Shown here in pieces: positions 13,201-25,567 of a DNA stretch of 64,000 nt (positions within the stretch are counted from its first letter, which is position 1; every line of letters starts with the position of its first letter). The stretch is from Ptychomitrium polyphyllum (taxonomy: Eukaryota). The notes below the pieces were generated by a model. It saw only the letters and a list, made by a program, of their open reading frames with translations. It had not been told where the DNA came from and made no database searches. The DNA lies in the NCBI GenBank assembly GCA_973851085.1, contig OZ316775.1:22692001-22756000 (forward strand), written 5' to 3'. The position numbers and the translations under genes are program-made.

Positions 13201-14059
13201 CATGAATTTTCGGTTGATATTTTGAGCTACATTATTTCTAAAGGAAGAATCCATATGGGTGAAAAGAAAATAAGCATTGTCATAAAGTGGAATATAAGAA
13301 GATCAATTTGGGATGTTCAATGCTTCTTGGAATTTGCAAATTTCTACAAAATATTTAATGAGGATTATTCTAAGATTGTAAGTACTATTGATGCAATTTA
13401 TTGGGAAGAAAAAATTCACTTGAAATGAAGAGGCAGAGGAAGCATTTTAAGGTTTTTATAAATCATACATGACAGCTCCAATCTTTATACATTCAAATTC
13501 ATCAAAATCTTTCTATTTGGAAGTGGATGCCTTAGATTTTGCACTTAGCTTGGTACTCTCACAATGTGACAAAGACAAAAGACTCCACCCAATTGCCTTT
13601 TGTTCAAAGAAGTTCTTAGCGGCAGAGATCAATTATAATATATATATTAAAGACTTACTTGCAATTGTGGATGAGTTTGAAAAATGGCAATATTTATTGG
13701 AAAGAGCTCAACATACCATCATGATAGCCACAATCCATAAAGACCTTAAGTACTTTATGAGCGCCTGTATTCTAAATCACCTTCAAACAAGATAGAGTAT
13801 GTTGCTTTTTAGATTTGACTTTGTCATTATCTATTGACTTGACACCTACAATGTACAATAGATGCATTTCTTTAAAGATCTTATTTTCCTTTTAAACTTG
13901 AAAATGACATTTTGGATCCACAAAAAACGATTTTCTTGAAAGCAAAAAACTCTTCAGTTGAAACCAGAGACTTTCACTATAACATTCCATCTTCACATAT
14001 TTGAGAAGGCTCTGAGGATTGATATCTTAATTTCAAATATGAAGAAGTCCTTCAAGAAT
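10295..14059 (+). mobile_element. Degenerate Ty3/Gypsy chromovirus-type element 'F' (5' LTR ~10295-10679, gag, PR, RT, RNase H), 3' truncated
   Basis: LTR ends ...CCTAACA followed by a TTTGGCGACAC PBS-like site. Remnants of RT (YLDDILI at ~13081) and RNase H (FYLEVDALDFAL) with many stops. Interrupted at 14060 by an opposite-strand LTR. Confidence 0.8.
11235..11375. repeat. Tandem duplication of ~70 bp within element F gag
   Basis: AAATTAATTCAATTGTAAGAACC...ATGTAGAGCCAAAGC occurs twice head-to-tail with two differences. Confidence 0.9.
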
Positions 14060-17000
14060 TATTAGATACACAAGAAACAAGAAGCAGAAACGAAGTGTTT
14101 TCCAAGAATTAGCTTCCAAAGAGCTAATGACTAACAAGAACTTGATACAAAGACTATAACAAGATAAGACTCAAGATGATCCACAATTTGTGTTGGCAAG
14201 ACTAAGAAATACCTTGTCTTGCCTCCTATTTATACTATGATGTTTGTATCTCCTAAAATACTTCTAAAGAAGCTTCCTACAAGGCTTAAGAATGTTCTGG
14301 AAGTCTAGGGAACCTTCCCAAGAAGATTCCTAAGATGTTGGAACCTTCCAAAAAAGCTTCTAAGGAGTTGGAACCTTCCTTGGAAGTTTCCTAAGGTAGC
14401 GGAACCTTCTTAGGAAGTTTTCTAAAGGGGTAGAACCTTCCTAGGAAGCTTTCTAAGGTGATGGAATCTTCATAGGAAGTTTCTTCAGAATTTACTTAAG
14501 ATAATACAACCTTCTTAGGAAGTTTTCCAAAGTGGAGAATATTCCTAGGAAGCTTCATAAGAATATGGAAATGCTATGGAGACATCTAAAAGTATTCTAA
14601 GAAGTTACTATAGTATACTAGAAGGTTCTAGAATGTTCTAAGGACTTTGTTGCATGATTTATGTCCGTGACATCACCTCCCCATTTAGCAACAAGTTCCA
14701 TGAGGAGCTCTTTTCTTGGCTTGTTTGTCACATTTTTACAAAATCCAAAATTTGTCGAAGGAGTGAAGCTACATACTTTGCTTGTTGTTCTTTGTTCACT
14801 GGTTCAACTGGTCTTTGCAAGAAGCGCCGATGACCACCAGCCAAGACTTCTGTTGTTGAAATGTCCCATCCCAAGATCTGATCTTAATAAATCCTTCAAA
14901 ACATCCTCCAAATAAGATTTCGGGTCCTCTAGGAGTGACTCTTCCAATTTCTAACAAGATGACTAGAGCGCGAGCATTTGAATCAAGACTGGAATGTGAA
15001 AGGCAACTGGACAATATTTCTGCACGAGGTTGTACTTGACGTTGGAATGTCCATCTCATATCTTGGCTTAGATCCTCCGTTACCAAGGGCAAAGAAAGTT
15101 GAATTGGCTCAACAAATGCTGTTGTTGATGAAGGCATGGCCGACTGCTCTTCACGCATATCCATGATAACATGAAGATTTGACATACTGGCTAGGATCTG
15201 GAAATGATCTATCTTGGAAATAATGCTGCATACAATTGGAGGTTTGAATATCTCTCCTCCCTTCTTATACTTGTCTATGAAGGAAAAACTTCTCTATGAA
15301 GCTAACGGCTATTGATGACACATCATCACTGACCTGGTTTCTGAAGATATCTTTGGTGAAATTCGCGTACCTTCTCGGATGCATTTGTTACATTCGTTGA
15401 AGGTTCCCATGTTAAGTCATTGATGCCATATCCTTGCCAATGTATAAGATACTCCACAAGTCCGTTCTTGATGCGTGAATCTAAGATCTCTTTCACTTCA
15501 TATTCAATTTCATTATTGATTTCCAACGAAGGAGGCGGAAGGACAATTCTTTCTAGTATATATGATTTGTTATAGGTTTTCAACAATGATACGTGGAATA
15601 TTCGATGAATTAGCATGCTTGGTGGCAACTTTAGGCGATAACTAACCGGATTTATTTGTTTGCTTATTTCAAATGGTCCCAATCTTTGATAGTCCAACTT
15701 CTTTGATGGTCTGTTTGTTTATATATTTTGTCGTAGGAGCCATACGCTATCTCCAACCTTAAACTTTGGATGGTCCTTTCGATGGCGATCTGCATAAGTT
15801 TTGTAACGATCTTGAGCTTGTTGTAATTGGAAGGTAATTTCTTGATGGATTTTAGCAAGTTGAATTGCAAAATCCTCTGCTGCAGGACTTCCAACATGCT
15901 TCAGTTGAAATGGATCTGCTCGAGGATGATGTCCATAGTTTGCAAAGAATGCACTATATTGTTGTAAGCAAATTTTGCCAAAAGCAAGAGGTCCATCCAA
16001 TTGTCTTGCTGGTAGTTTATGCTACAACAAAGGTATTGCTTCAAAATTTAATTCACACGTTTGGTTTGGCCATCAGTTTGCGAATGGTGTGCTGAAGAAA
16101 GATTGATCTTTACACGCAGCAGCTGGAATAGAACCCGCCAAAAGTTGGAAATGAATTGCGGCCCCCGATCGGATACAATATCATCTGGTAGTCCATGTAT
16201 GTGGTAGACATGATTTAGGAACAACTTGGCAGTTCCTTCTTCCGTTACCGTCTTGTTGCATGGAATGAAATGTGCCATTTTGGTAAATCAATCTACCACT
16301 ACCAAAATAGAATCCTTAGAATCGGAGTTTGGAAGGTCCGTGATAAAATCCATTGATAAAGACAACCATGGGTCCTTTGGCACTGGAAGCGGATGGAGGA
16401 GACCATGAGGTTGGTGCCTTGGTACCTTGGCACTTGCACAAGTGTCGCATAATTGAACAAAGTCCTTCACGTACTTCCACATTTGTAGCCACCAATAATC
16501 TCTAGCAATCAACTCCATTGTTTTATTGAATCCAAAATGTCCTGCTGCTGGAAAATCATGACGTGCTTGAAGGATCTTCAACCGCAAAGGGCCTGGAGGT
16601 AGGTACAAAAGTCCTGTATAATAAAGTAGGCCCTCTTGGAATTCAAAATCCTCATTGCTATTTAAAAGATTTCCATTGTCTTTGAGGCGCTTCTTTATAT
16701 TTGAAACAAAGACGTCATTCTTCAAAGTCTTTTGAATTTTGTCAAGATGGAATGTTGTCGTAATAATCGCTGCTTTCAATTGAAGATTCTCTGGCTTCAA
16801 AAAAATAGTCCTTTGTTGATTCAAAACATTATCTCTTGCTTGAGGAACTAAAGAAGATCTTTGGGAGATGGCATCTGACTTACCCTGCAAGCTACCAGAT
16901 CGATAGGTATTAACAAGGTCAAATTTGGAAAGCAACATACTCTACCTTACTTGACGGCGATTCAAAACACGTGCACTCATGAAATACTCCAAGTTCTTGT

Positions 17001-17200
17001 GGTTTGTGTATATTATGATGGTATGTTGAGCTCCTTCCAATAAATGTCGCCATTCTTCAAACGCATCCACAATTGCAAGTAGTTCTTTATCATGTATATC
17101 ATAGTTGATTTTTGCCGCTGAGAACTTCCTTGAACGAAAGGCAAGAGGGTGAAGTCTCCCATCTTCATCATACTGTGAGAATACTGAGCCAAGCGCAAAA
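14060..17200 (-). mobile_element. 3' half of host Gypsy chromovirus 'H' (RNase H, integrase, chromodomain, 3' UTR, PPT, 3' LTR 14060-14672)
   Basis: Minus-strand ORFs carry the integrase Zn finger and DDE core (SMDFITDLP, IVSDRGPQF, TDGQT) and a chromodomain (EYEVKEILDSR...YLIHWQGY). The PPT AAATGGGGAGGTGA abuts an LTR starting TGTCAC at 14672. Confidence 0.9.
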
Positions 17201-18401
17201 TGTCGCGCACCTCTCTTTGAGGAGCGTTTGCAACACTAAGGGCACAAGGGGGACTCCGGAGTGATGTCCGAGACTTGTGGCGCCGATAGAGAAGGGAACC
17301 CAATGGGCCTAGCGCGGGAAAGATCACAAGGGGGAGAAACATCCTTGCCCACGTAGACCGGGGGCCCTAAGGGATATATCTTAAGCATTAGAGGAATCAC
17401 AAAGAGCTGATTCTACAATGCTAAAGATTGCTCAAATCGGACTCGGGAACTAAAAGTTATGGCATCTCAAAGTTGAGATTGGCCAAGGGGCTGTCCTAGA
17501 CTGTAGCAGCCCTACCCAGTGACTGTATTGGAGTGGAATAGTCCAAGGAGGGACTCCCCGGGAGTCTCAAACCTTGGGAGAGGCGTACCTCCCACAATAC
17601 TAACTCAAATCAAAACATTTGAGGACTCTCTTGGCATCTACGCAAAGAGTAGATGACGATAGAGTGGTCGCTTGATACATTCGGGCATCCAACAAGGAAG
17701 ATATGGCTCCCTAAAGGTACGCTGAGAGTCTCGGAGGCTTCCAGCGGCTAAGTCCCAAGGGAGATCGGGTGGTCTTCCAAAACTTTAGGTGTGTTTAGGT
17801 TCAGCCAGCTCCAGAGGGCTAGGGGGCCTGCCAAATCCCATAGAGAGTACTATAAGGGAGGGTTGATCTCCCTCCCCACTCCCCTAGTGTCCCGGTAGCG
17901 ACCAAGGGTGAGTCCCGGTTGGTGGAGCTAGTGTTGGGGCTTCACTACGGGGACTCCCACACCATTGTGAGTCGGTGGATGGCCAGTTTCACAAAGGAAA
18001 CTAGTGAGACCAAGAGGGCACGCTTGTTACCATTAAGTTGGTATGGTGTCTTCACATCGGCACCATGATGGCCTACGGTGATCTTAGGATCATATGGGGA
18101 TCATGAGTGGTGGTGAGGAGACACCACTAAGTGCGGTTAGGCCGTATGGAATGAGAATAACATCAAGTGAAGCCTTGGACATGAATGGAAGTCTGCACCT
18201 AACCATGGGCTACCAATCAATTGGGTGTCCTAAGAAAAATGGTAGAAAGACTTGAAAAATGAGAATGGGGGTTAACCATGTGCATGTGAGGGGGTGTACA
18301 GAGTTGACAAGCGTGACGCTTGCAAAGGTGCATGACAAGGGTTGCGACATTTGGTATCAGAGCAGGCTTTGAGTATCCAAGTGCTACGTTGCAAGGAGGC
18401 T

Positions 18402-21400
18402 ATGGATAAGGAGAAGGCCGGTGATGGCGGTGAGCCCGGGGCCTCTAAATGACTACGCACAAGGGTGAACAAAGACCCCGATCCGATTAATGAGGCTCCA
18501 TCCTTTGATTCCAATGAGCAAGGAAATGACATTGGAGTCACCAAGGAAGCTGAAGAAACTCAACAAGACAAAGCGTTGGGAGGTGGAGAGTACTCAAGAG
18601 CTAGGAATCTTGAATCACTTGAGGGCCTAGAAAGTCAGGATCCTGACTTGAGTTTTTGCATGAAAATGCTTGAGTTCATGGACGGTGTGAACCAAGAACT
18701 TAAGCGTGGCAAAGAAAAAAGGATCCGTCAAGAGAGGTTGATTGAACACTTGATGGTACAAGGTTCCAGGTCCTCATCTTCAACCAAGAAGTTGGCCAAG
18801 GTGAACATGCCAAGCACTTTTTCTGGGCAAGGTAAGGCCAGGAAGGTGAAGGAGTTTCTTTTGGAAATGGACAACTATTATGATGTCCAAAAGCCGGAAG
18901 AGGTGGACAAAGTGTCAATTGCGGTGACCTTTTTGAAAGACCGTGCTCTTCAATGGTGGACAAGTAGAAAGGAGCAAGAGTCGGAGTTGGTGGCGACTTT
19001 GTCTTGGATCGGTTTTAAAGAGATTTTGAGTGAACGCTTCACTCCGGAATACCAAGAGTTGAGGGAGGGCATGAACTTGGTGCAAATGAAGCACACCGGG
19101 TTTCTCAAGACTTATGTGCAAGATTTCAACGCCCAAATGAATGCCACATTCAAAATGGATGAGTTTTCAAAGAAATGCATCTTTTTGGGTGGGCTTCAAA
19201 AGTGGGTGGTGGACGCCTTGTTTAAATTCCCAAAGCTTCCGGAGGACGTGGCGGGAATCATTAAGATCGCGAAAAGAATTGAAGCCGACGGACCCGAAAG
19301 AAAATCAAGTGGTCCCTCTCAACAACGTGGATTGAGCCGAAATGTATCTCGCGGCGGAGAACGCAAGAAATTTGGCTTTGGAAACAAACACAAGGGACAA
19401 GTAGATGGAAGGGCCTACAACAAAGTGGACCATCATGAGAGAAAACCATTCAAATTGGGAGATAAGAGTGCTGAGGTGAAGCACAAGCGTTGCCACGGGT
19501 GTGGCAAGATTGGTCACTTCATTGCGGAGTGCCCCGATAAAAAGGTGAGTACCAAAGCTTGTCACACTTGTGTTGTGGATCACATTTTAGAAGGTGGATT
19601 TGTGGCCAAGGCTAGTAGCCTTAAGCCAAGGTCGAGTATCTTATACCTTGAGGCCCAAATAAATGGCAAAAATGTCTCATGTTTGATTGACACAAGGGCA
19701 ACGCACTCCTTCATGAGTCCCAAGCTAGCAAGGGAGTTGGGCTTGTCGGCTCAAAAAACTAGCAAGCCCATCAACGTGCGATTTGCAAAAGGCAAATCGT
19801 ACGAGACAAAAGAGGTGGTGTTGGATGTGGCCTTAAGTAGTGGGACATTGGAGTTGAAAGAAAGTTTTACACTATGTGAGATGGATGAGGTAGACTTCAT
19901 TTTAGGTGATACTTTTTTCGAAACTCATGTGGTGGATGTGAAGCAAAAGCCAGCACGGTTACTAGTGTGCTGTGATGGAAAGGAGACAATATTGAAGTTG
20001 ACTAGGACTCTTATGGTTGCGGGAGGAAAGTTGAACTTAGTCTCCTTAGAACAATTAGAAAATAACCAATTTGTGGTTGTCATGCGAATGGAGCAAGAAG
20101 AGGGGAATAGGCCAAGTGCCAAGGAGATTAGGACTATTTCCAAGTGCATTTAAAATGTACTAAGTGGTTACAAGGATGTGCTCACCAATGAGCAGCCCGC
20201 AAAGTCACCGCCAAAAAGAGAAGTGGATCACAAAATTGAGATGATATCGGGAACAGTGCCCCCTTCAAAGGCTCCATACCGGTTGAACCAAAAAGAGCTA
20301 GAGGAATTGAAGAAGCAATTGAATGACTTGTTGGAAAGAGGCTATGTTAGGCCAAGTAAGTCGCCAAATGGAGCACCGGTCCTCTTCGTGGACAAAAAAG
20401 ATAGCAAGCTCCGCATGTGTGTCGACTATAGAGCCTTGAATAAAGCCACTATCAAGAACAACTATCCTTTGCCTCGAATTGATGACCTCTTTGATAGATT
20501 GGCGAGAGCTAAATACTTTAGTCGGATAGACTTGAAGTCGGGCTACTATCAAATCCGCATTGCGGATGAAGATGTGCCAAAGACCGCATGCCGCACTAGG
20601 TATGGGTCCTATGAATTTTTGGTGATGCCATTCGGGTTGTGTAATGCTCCTTCGACGTTCACAACCCTCATGAATACCATCTTTCGAGAAGAGATGGATG
20701 ACTTTGTCATTATCTATATTGATGATATCTTGGTGTACTCCAAGTCGGCGGAAGAACATGCAAGGCACCTCAAAGTGGTGCTTCAAAAACTCAGGGACCA
20801 CAAACTTTATGCCAACGGAGAAAAGAGTGAGTTTGCTCAACTTGAGATTGAGTTCTTGGGCCATATAGTGACGAATGATGGAATCAAGCCGGACATAAGG
20901 AAGATAAAGGCAATTAGAGAGTAAAAGCAACCTTCTACACAAAAGGGGCTGAGATCATTTCTCGGCCTAGCAAATTATTACAAGAGGTTCATACACAACT
21001 TCTCCAAAATTTCTAGACCTTTGTCCGACTTGTTGAAGAAAGGAGCTAGCCAAGTATGGGATGGATTTTGTCACCAAGCTTTTCAAGAACTCAAGAATAA
21101 GTTGTCACAACCGCTGGTATTGAAGTTTCCCGAGTTTGAAAAGCCCTTTGAGGTCTACATGGATGCAAGTGACTTTGCCATTAGCGGAGTGCTCATGCAA
21201 GAAGGCATGCCAATTGCCTATGAGAGCAAGAAGTTGGATGGATGCCAAACAAGGTGGCCCACGCACGAGAAAGAACTCTTTACCGTAGTGCATTGTTTGA
21301 AAACATGGCGGCACTACTTGGGCCTACATAAAACCAAAGTCTACACGGACAACGTGTCCTTGAAGTACTTTGAGTCACAAGCACAAATGAGTGCAAAGCA

Positions 21401-23018
21401 ATTGAGGTGGCACGACACCTTAGCACTCATGAATGTGGATTTGATCCACAAGCCGGGGCGTGACAATGTAGTGCCGGATGCTCTAAGTAGGCGGGAGGAG
21501 TTGCAAGCGATGGGCACAACCCAAGTCCTGCGAGTAATATACAAGGGAGAAGGCAATTTGGAAAGGAAGATAAGAGAGGGGTACATGAAAGACTCCAAAG
21601 CACAAAGGCTTCTCGGTGAGCTTAAGAAAGGTAAAAAACTTAAGGAAATTAAGTTGGAAAAGGGATTCCTCAAAGTACAAACAAAGTCGGATGTATGTGC
21701 CTCAAGGAAAACTACGGTTGTCGGTTTTGAAAGAGGAACATGATAGTCCCATAGCCGGCCATAGAGGGAAAAAAACCACCATAGCGGCGGTGTCAAGAAG
21801 GTACTATTGGCCGGGTATGAAAGCGGACATCTCTAGCTTTGTAAAATCTTGTGTGAAGTGCCAACTCAATAGAGCCTCTTATAAAAAGCAAGCCGGTCTA
21901 CTACAACCTTTGCCAATTCCGCCGGGTCCATGGTATAGCGTGTCCATGGACTTCATTACAAGTCTTCCAGAATTGCAAGGGCATGACGCCATCTTTGTGA
22001 TGGTGGATCGCTTTGCAAGTTGGCGCATATGGTGCCAACTAGAGGAACCGTAACTGCACATGAGACCGCAAAGCTATTCCTTGATGCATGGTGGAAACAT
22101 CACGGGTTGCCGAGAGTGATTGTGTCGGACCGAGATCCAAAATTCACTAGTGCTTTTTGGAAACATTTCTTTAGGAAAGTTGGAACCAAATTGACGTTTA
22201 GCACTGCCTTCTATCCTCAAACGGATGGGCAAACGGAACAAGTGAATGGAGTCTTAAACCAATACTTGAGGAACTTTGTGAGTGCGGACCAGTGCGATTG
22301 GGTGGATTATGTGAGCCTTGCGGAATTCAATTACAATGCGGCCAATCATTCGGCGACAAAGCAGTCACCATTTAAGGTGGCCTATAGAGTAGAGCCACTC
22401 CAGCCTGCCGACTTAGCTCTTGAAGGTGCACATTCAACACTAGAGTTTAACCAAGATGATGAGGACTTGGCCAAAAAGCGAGAACAAATGTTGGAGAAGA
22501 CCAAGCTTTTGTTGGAAAAGGCACAAAAGCGGTACGAAAAACAAGTCAATGCCGAAAGACGTGAAGTGGAGTATGAAGTAGGCCAAAAGGTATTGTTGAA
22601 TGTGAAGAATTTTAGCTTGCCTGAAGGCCTCACTCCAAAGTTTGCGAGGCTGTTTTCTATTGTGGAGCGGGTGTTTAAAGATGTGTATAAGTTTGAACTA
22701 CCATCCAAAATCAAAGTGCATCCAATATTTCATGTCACTCTGCTTAAGCCATTCAGAAAGGATACCTTGTGGTCCAATCGCAAACAAGTGATTTGGCCAC
22801 CGCCAGAGTTGGTTGGCGACCACTTGGAATACAAAGTAGAAGGAATTCTCAAGTGTAGGCACCACAAGAAAATAGGAAATGAGTATTTGGTGAAGTGGAG
22901 AGGGTACCATGAAAAGGAAGCAACTTGGGTAGCAGCCAAGGACTTGGAAAATGCTAATGAAGTGGTGGAACGCTTTGAAAGGGATAGGAACTCCAACAAA
23001 AGACAACGTTGGCATTGA
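18402..23018 (+). pseudogene. Disrupted gag-pol of copy A
   Basis: ATG 18402 is in frame with the 18465 ORF but hits TGA at 18450. Further stops end at 20153 and 20924, frameshifts occur near 21660 and 22020, and the protease DTG motif reads DTR. Confidence 0.9.
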
Positions 23019-23027
23019 TGAGGACAT

Positions 23028-23718
23028 TGTAGTTGTTAGTTTGTCTTCTTCCAAAACCAAGCAAGCGGAGCAGTATAGGTGGGTTCAAACACGGGGAAAG
23101 ACCAGCAGTATGAAATTGATAATGTTAATGTGACAATTGATAACTCATTCATTCTTCACAATGCAATCCCTGCACAATCCTCTTAATCAATTCACCGTCT
23201 TGCGGCTAATCAATAATATTCCAGCATTCTACTAATGCTTAATCTCTCTCCAAAACACTCCGATGACAATTCTTTTTTTCAATTTCAGTCCTTTGATTCA
23301 AACAATACGATGTAGTATTCTCAATTCTTACAATCTTACTCCTTATCTCTTCAATTCACTTACTGAATTCAACTTCACAGTACACAAATCTCAATTACAA
23401 GTCCAATAACACTTGCTTCAATTCCAATTCTATTTAAAAAAAACACAAAAGAACAAATAAAATAGAGGTAGCTCCAAGCTTTACCCCGGCTTACGACAAT
23501 CACTGTCTGGCCTCGATTCTCTTTCTCATAAGGCCTATATACCCTTACGGTTATCCTACAGATATCAAAAGCTACACAATTAGTTCCATAACCGTAAATC
23601 TTGCCTTCCTGCTGACTAGTAGCTCTGAATTGGACTAACTAATCTTCAAAATTCCAAATTTTACTACTATATAACTAGTAAATGACTGCAAAAACTATTT
23701 ACATATTCTACATAGCCC
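23028..23718 (-). mobile_element. 691-bp LTR-like insertion (TGTAG...CTACA, 23028-23712, plus 6 extra nt) present only in copy A
   Basis: Copy B reads GAGGACAT|CAATCTC contiguously, while copy A has the insert between these bases. 5-bp terminal inverted repeats are typical of an LTR; orientation is inferred from the purine-rich GGGGCTA preceding the minus-strand TG. Confidence 0.75.
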
Positions 23719-25567
23719 CAATCTCTTTTAGTAGGGAGAGAGAGGCTTGTAGCAGTATCTTCTTCACATCATGTATTGGTTCTTTGACTTATGGCAATGA
23801 AGTTCAACTTTTGTGTGTGCAAAGAGAAGAGTATAAAATGACGTCCTAGTCTTGTGCTTGTGCTAAATTGATAGAAGAGGGGGAATAGACATGTGAAACC
23901 AAGTTGGGAAGGCCGAGTATTGGGAACCAAGGCTGGGAGGAGGAATGGTTAAAACCATAAAACCTCTTAGTCTCGGGCTTGTCCGGGCGAGGACAAGGTA
24001 ATGGCGCGTGCTCATAAAAGCACCACTCCTACAGACTAACAAAAGTTTTTGCATGGGAGTCATAAACCCATGTCTCAAACGAGATAGTGGGATCTAGGTT
24101 GGGTGGAACTTGACATTACCCCCGTGCAATCGAGTCGTGGAATAAAAGCCACCTTGGGTTTGCAACCAAGACAACTTGGTGGAGCATTGAGGTCCAGCCT
24201 AGTCAAAAAGGAAGAGTTAGGGCAGTGTAGCCTAACTAGGGAGTGTATTCTAAGAGGGTCTCAAAGTAGGTAGGTCTAGAGTAGTTTAGGGCCCCAAGAA
24301 TTTGGTCTAGGGTGCCTAAATAGACCACCTCCTAAACGACACCTTTGAGACTTTGCTAAAGATTTATGACTGCATTGTGGGGGCTGCACCTTGGATGAAA
24401 CACAATGCTGCACCACTAGAGGATGGCAACCTTGGAATTGGTGTGCCAACTACAAGTATAGTCGATGAGGGCATCGACTCCATTAAGATGGAGGTGAGTA
24501 TCGCGCACCTCTCCTTGAGGAGTGCTCGCAACACTAAGGGCACAAGGGGGACCCCGGAGTGACATCCGGGATTTGTGGCGCCGATAATGAGGGAACCGAG
24601 TGGGCCTAGCGTGGAAAGGACTCATAAGGGGAGAAACATCCTTGCCCATGTAGACCGAGGGCCACGAGGGATAGATGGTGGGCATTGGAAGAATCACAAA
24701 GAGCTGATTCTAGAATGCTAAAGATTGTCCAAATTAGACTAGGGAGCTAAAAGTTATGGCATCTCAAAGTTGGGGTTGCCAAAGGGCTGTTCTGGACTGT
24801 GGCAGCCCTACTCAGTGACTGTACTGGAGTGGGACAGTCCAGGGAGGGACTCCCCGGGAGTCCCAAACCTTGGGAGAGGCGTATCTCCCACAATACTAAC
24901 TCAAATTGGACGTTTGTAGAGTCAATCGGCATCTACGCAAAGAGTAGATGACGATAGAGTAGTTGCTTGATACATTCGGGCACCGGATGAGGAAGATATG
25001 GCTCCCTGAAGGTCCGCTGAGAGTCCCGGAGGCTTCCAACGGTTAAGTCCCAAGGTAGATCGGGTGGTCTTCCAAAACTCTAGGTGTGTTGGAGTTTAGT
25101 CAGCTCCAGAGGGCCACGGGGCTTGACGAATCCTACAAAGAGTGCTATAAGGGAGGGCTGGTCCCCCTTGCCACTCCCTTAGTGTCCCCGTAGAGACCAA
25201 GGGTGAGTCCCGGTTGGTGGAGCTAGTGATGGGGCTTCACCACGGGGACTCCCACACCATTGTGAGCCGGTGGACGGCCAGTTTCACAAAGGGAACTAGC
25301 ACGTTTCAAAGGATACGCTTGTTACCACTAAGTGCGGTTAGGCCATGTAGAATGGAAGTAACACCAAGTGAGGCCTTGGACATGAATGGAAGTCCGCACT
25401 TAACCATTGGCTACCAATCAATTGGGAATCCTAAGAGAAATAGTAAGGGGAATTGGAGACCAAGTCTGGGGCTTGGAGAGTGAAAATAAAACTTAATGAT
25501 GTGCATGTGGAGGTGTACAAGGTTGACGGGCGTGACATTGTTAAGGTGCATTATGAGGGTTGCAATA

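Larger units (their letters stand above)
17201..25567 (+). mobile_element. Full-length but disabled Ty3/Gypsy chromovirus, copy 'A' (5' LTR 17201-18349, 3' LTR 24499-25567)
   Basis: TGTCGC...GCGACA LTR, tRNA-Met PBS TGGTATCAGAGC at 18352, gag with CCHC knuckle, protease LIDTRATHSF, RT YIDDIL, RNase H, integrase, chromodomain EYLVKWRGY, and PPT AAGATGGAGGTGAG at 24485-24498. Confidence 0.95.

Noticed and set aside
20298..20942. 214-aa antisense ORF, also present at 50077-50721, as a conserved extra gene
   Set aside because: It is a shadow of RT, and its recurrence only reflects the A/B duplication.
18465..23018. Copies A and B as recently active, autonomous retrotransposons
   Set aside because: Multiple shared stops and frameshifts, a mutated protease motif and diverged LTR pairs.
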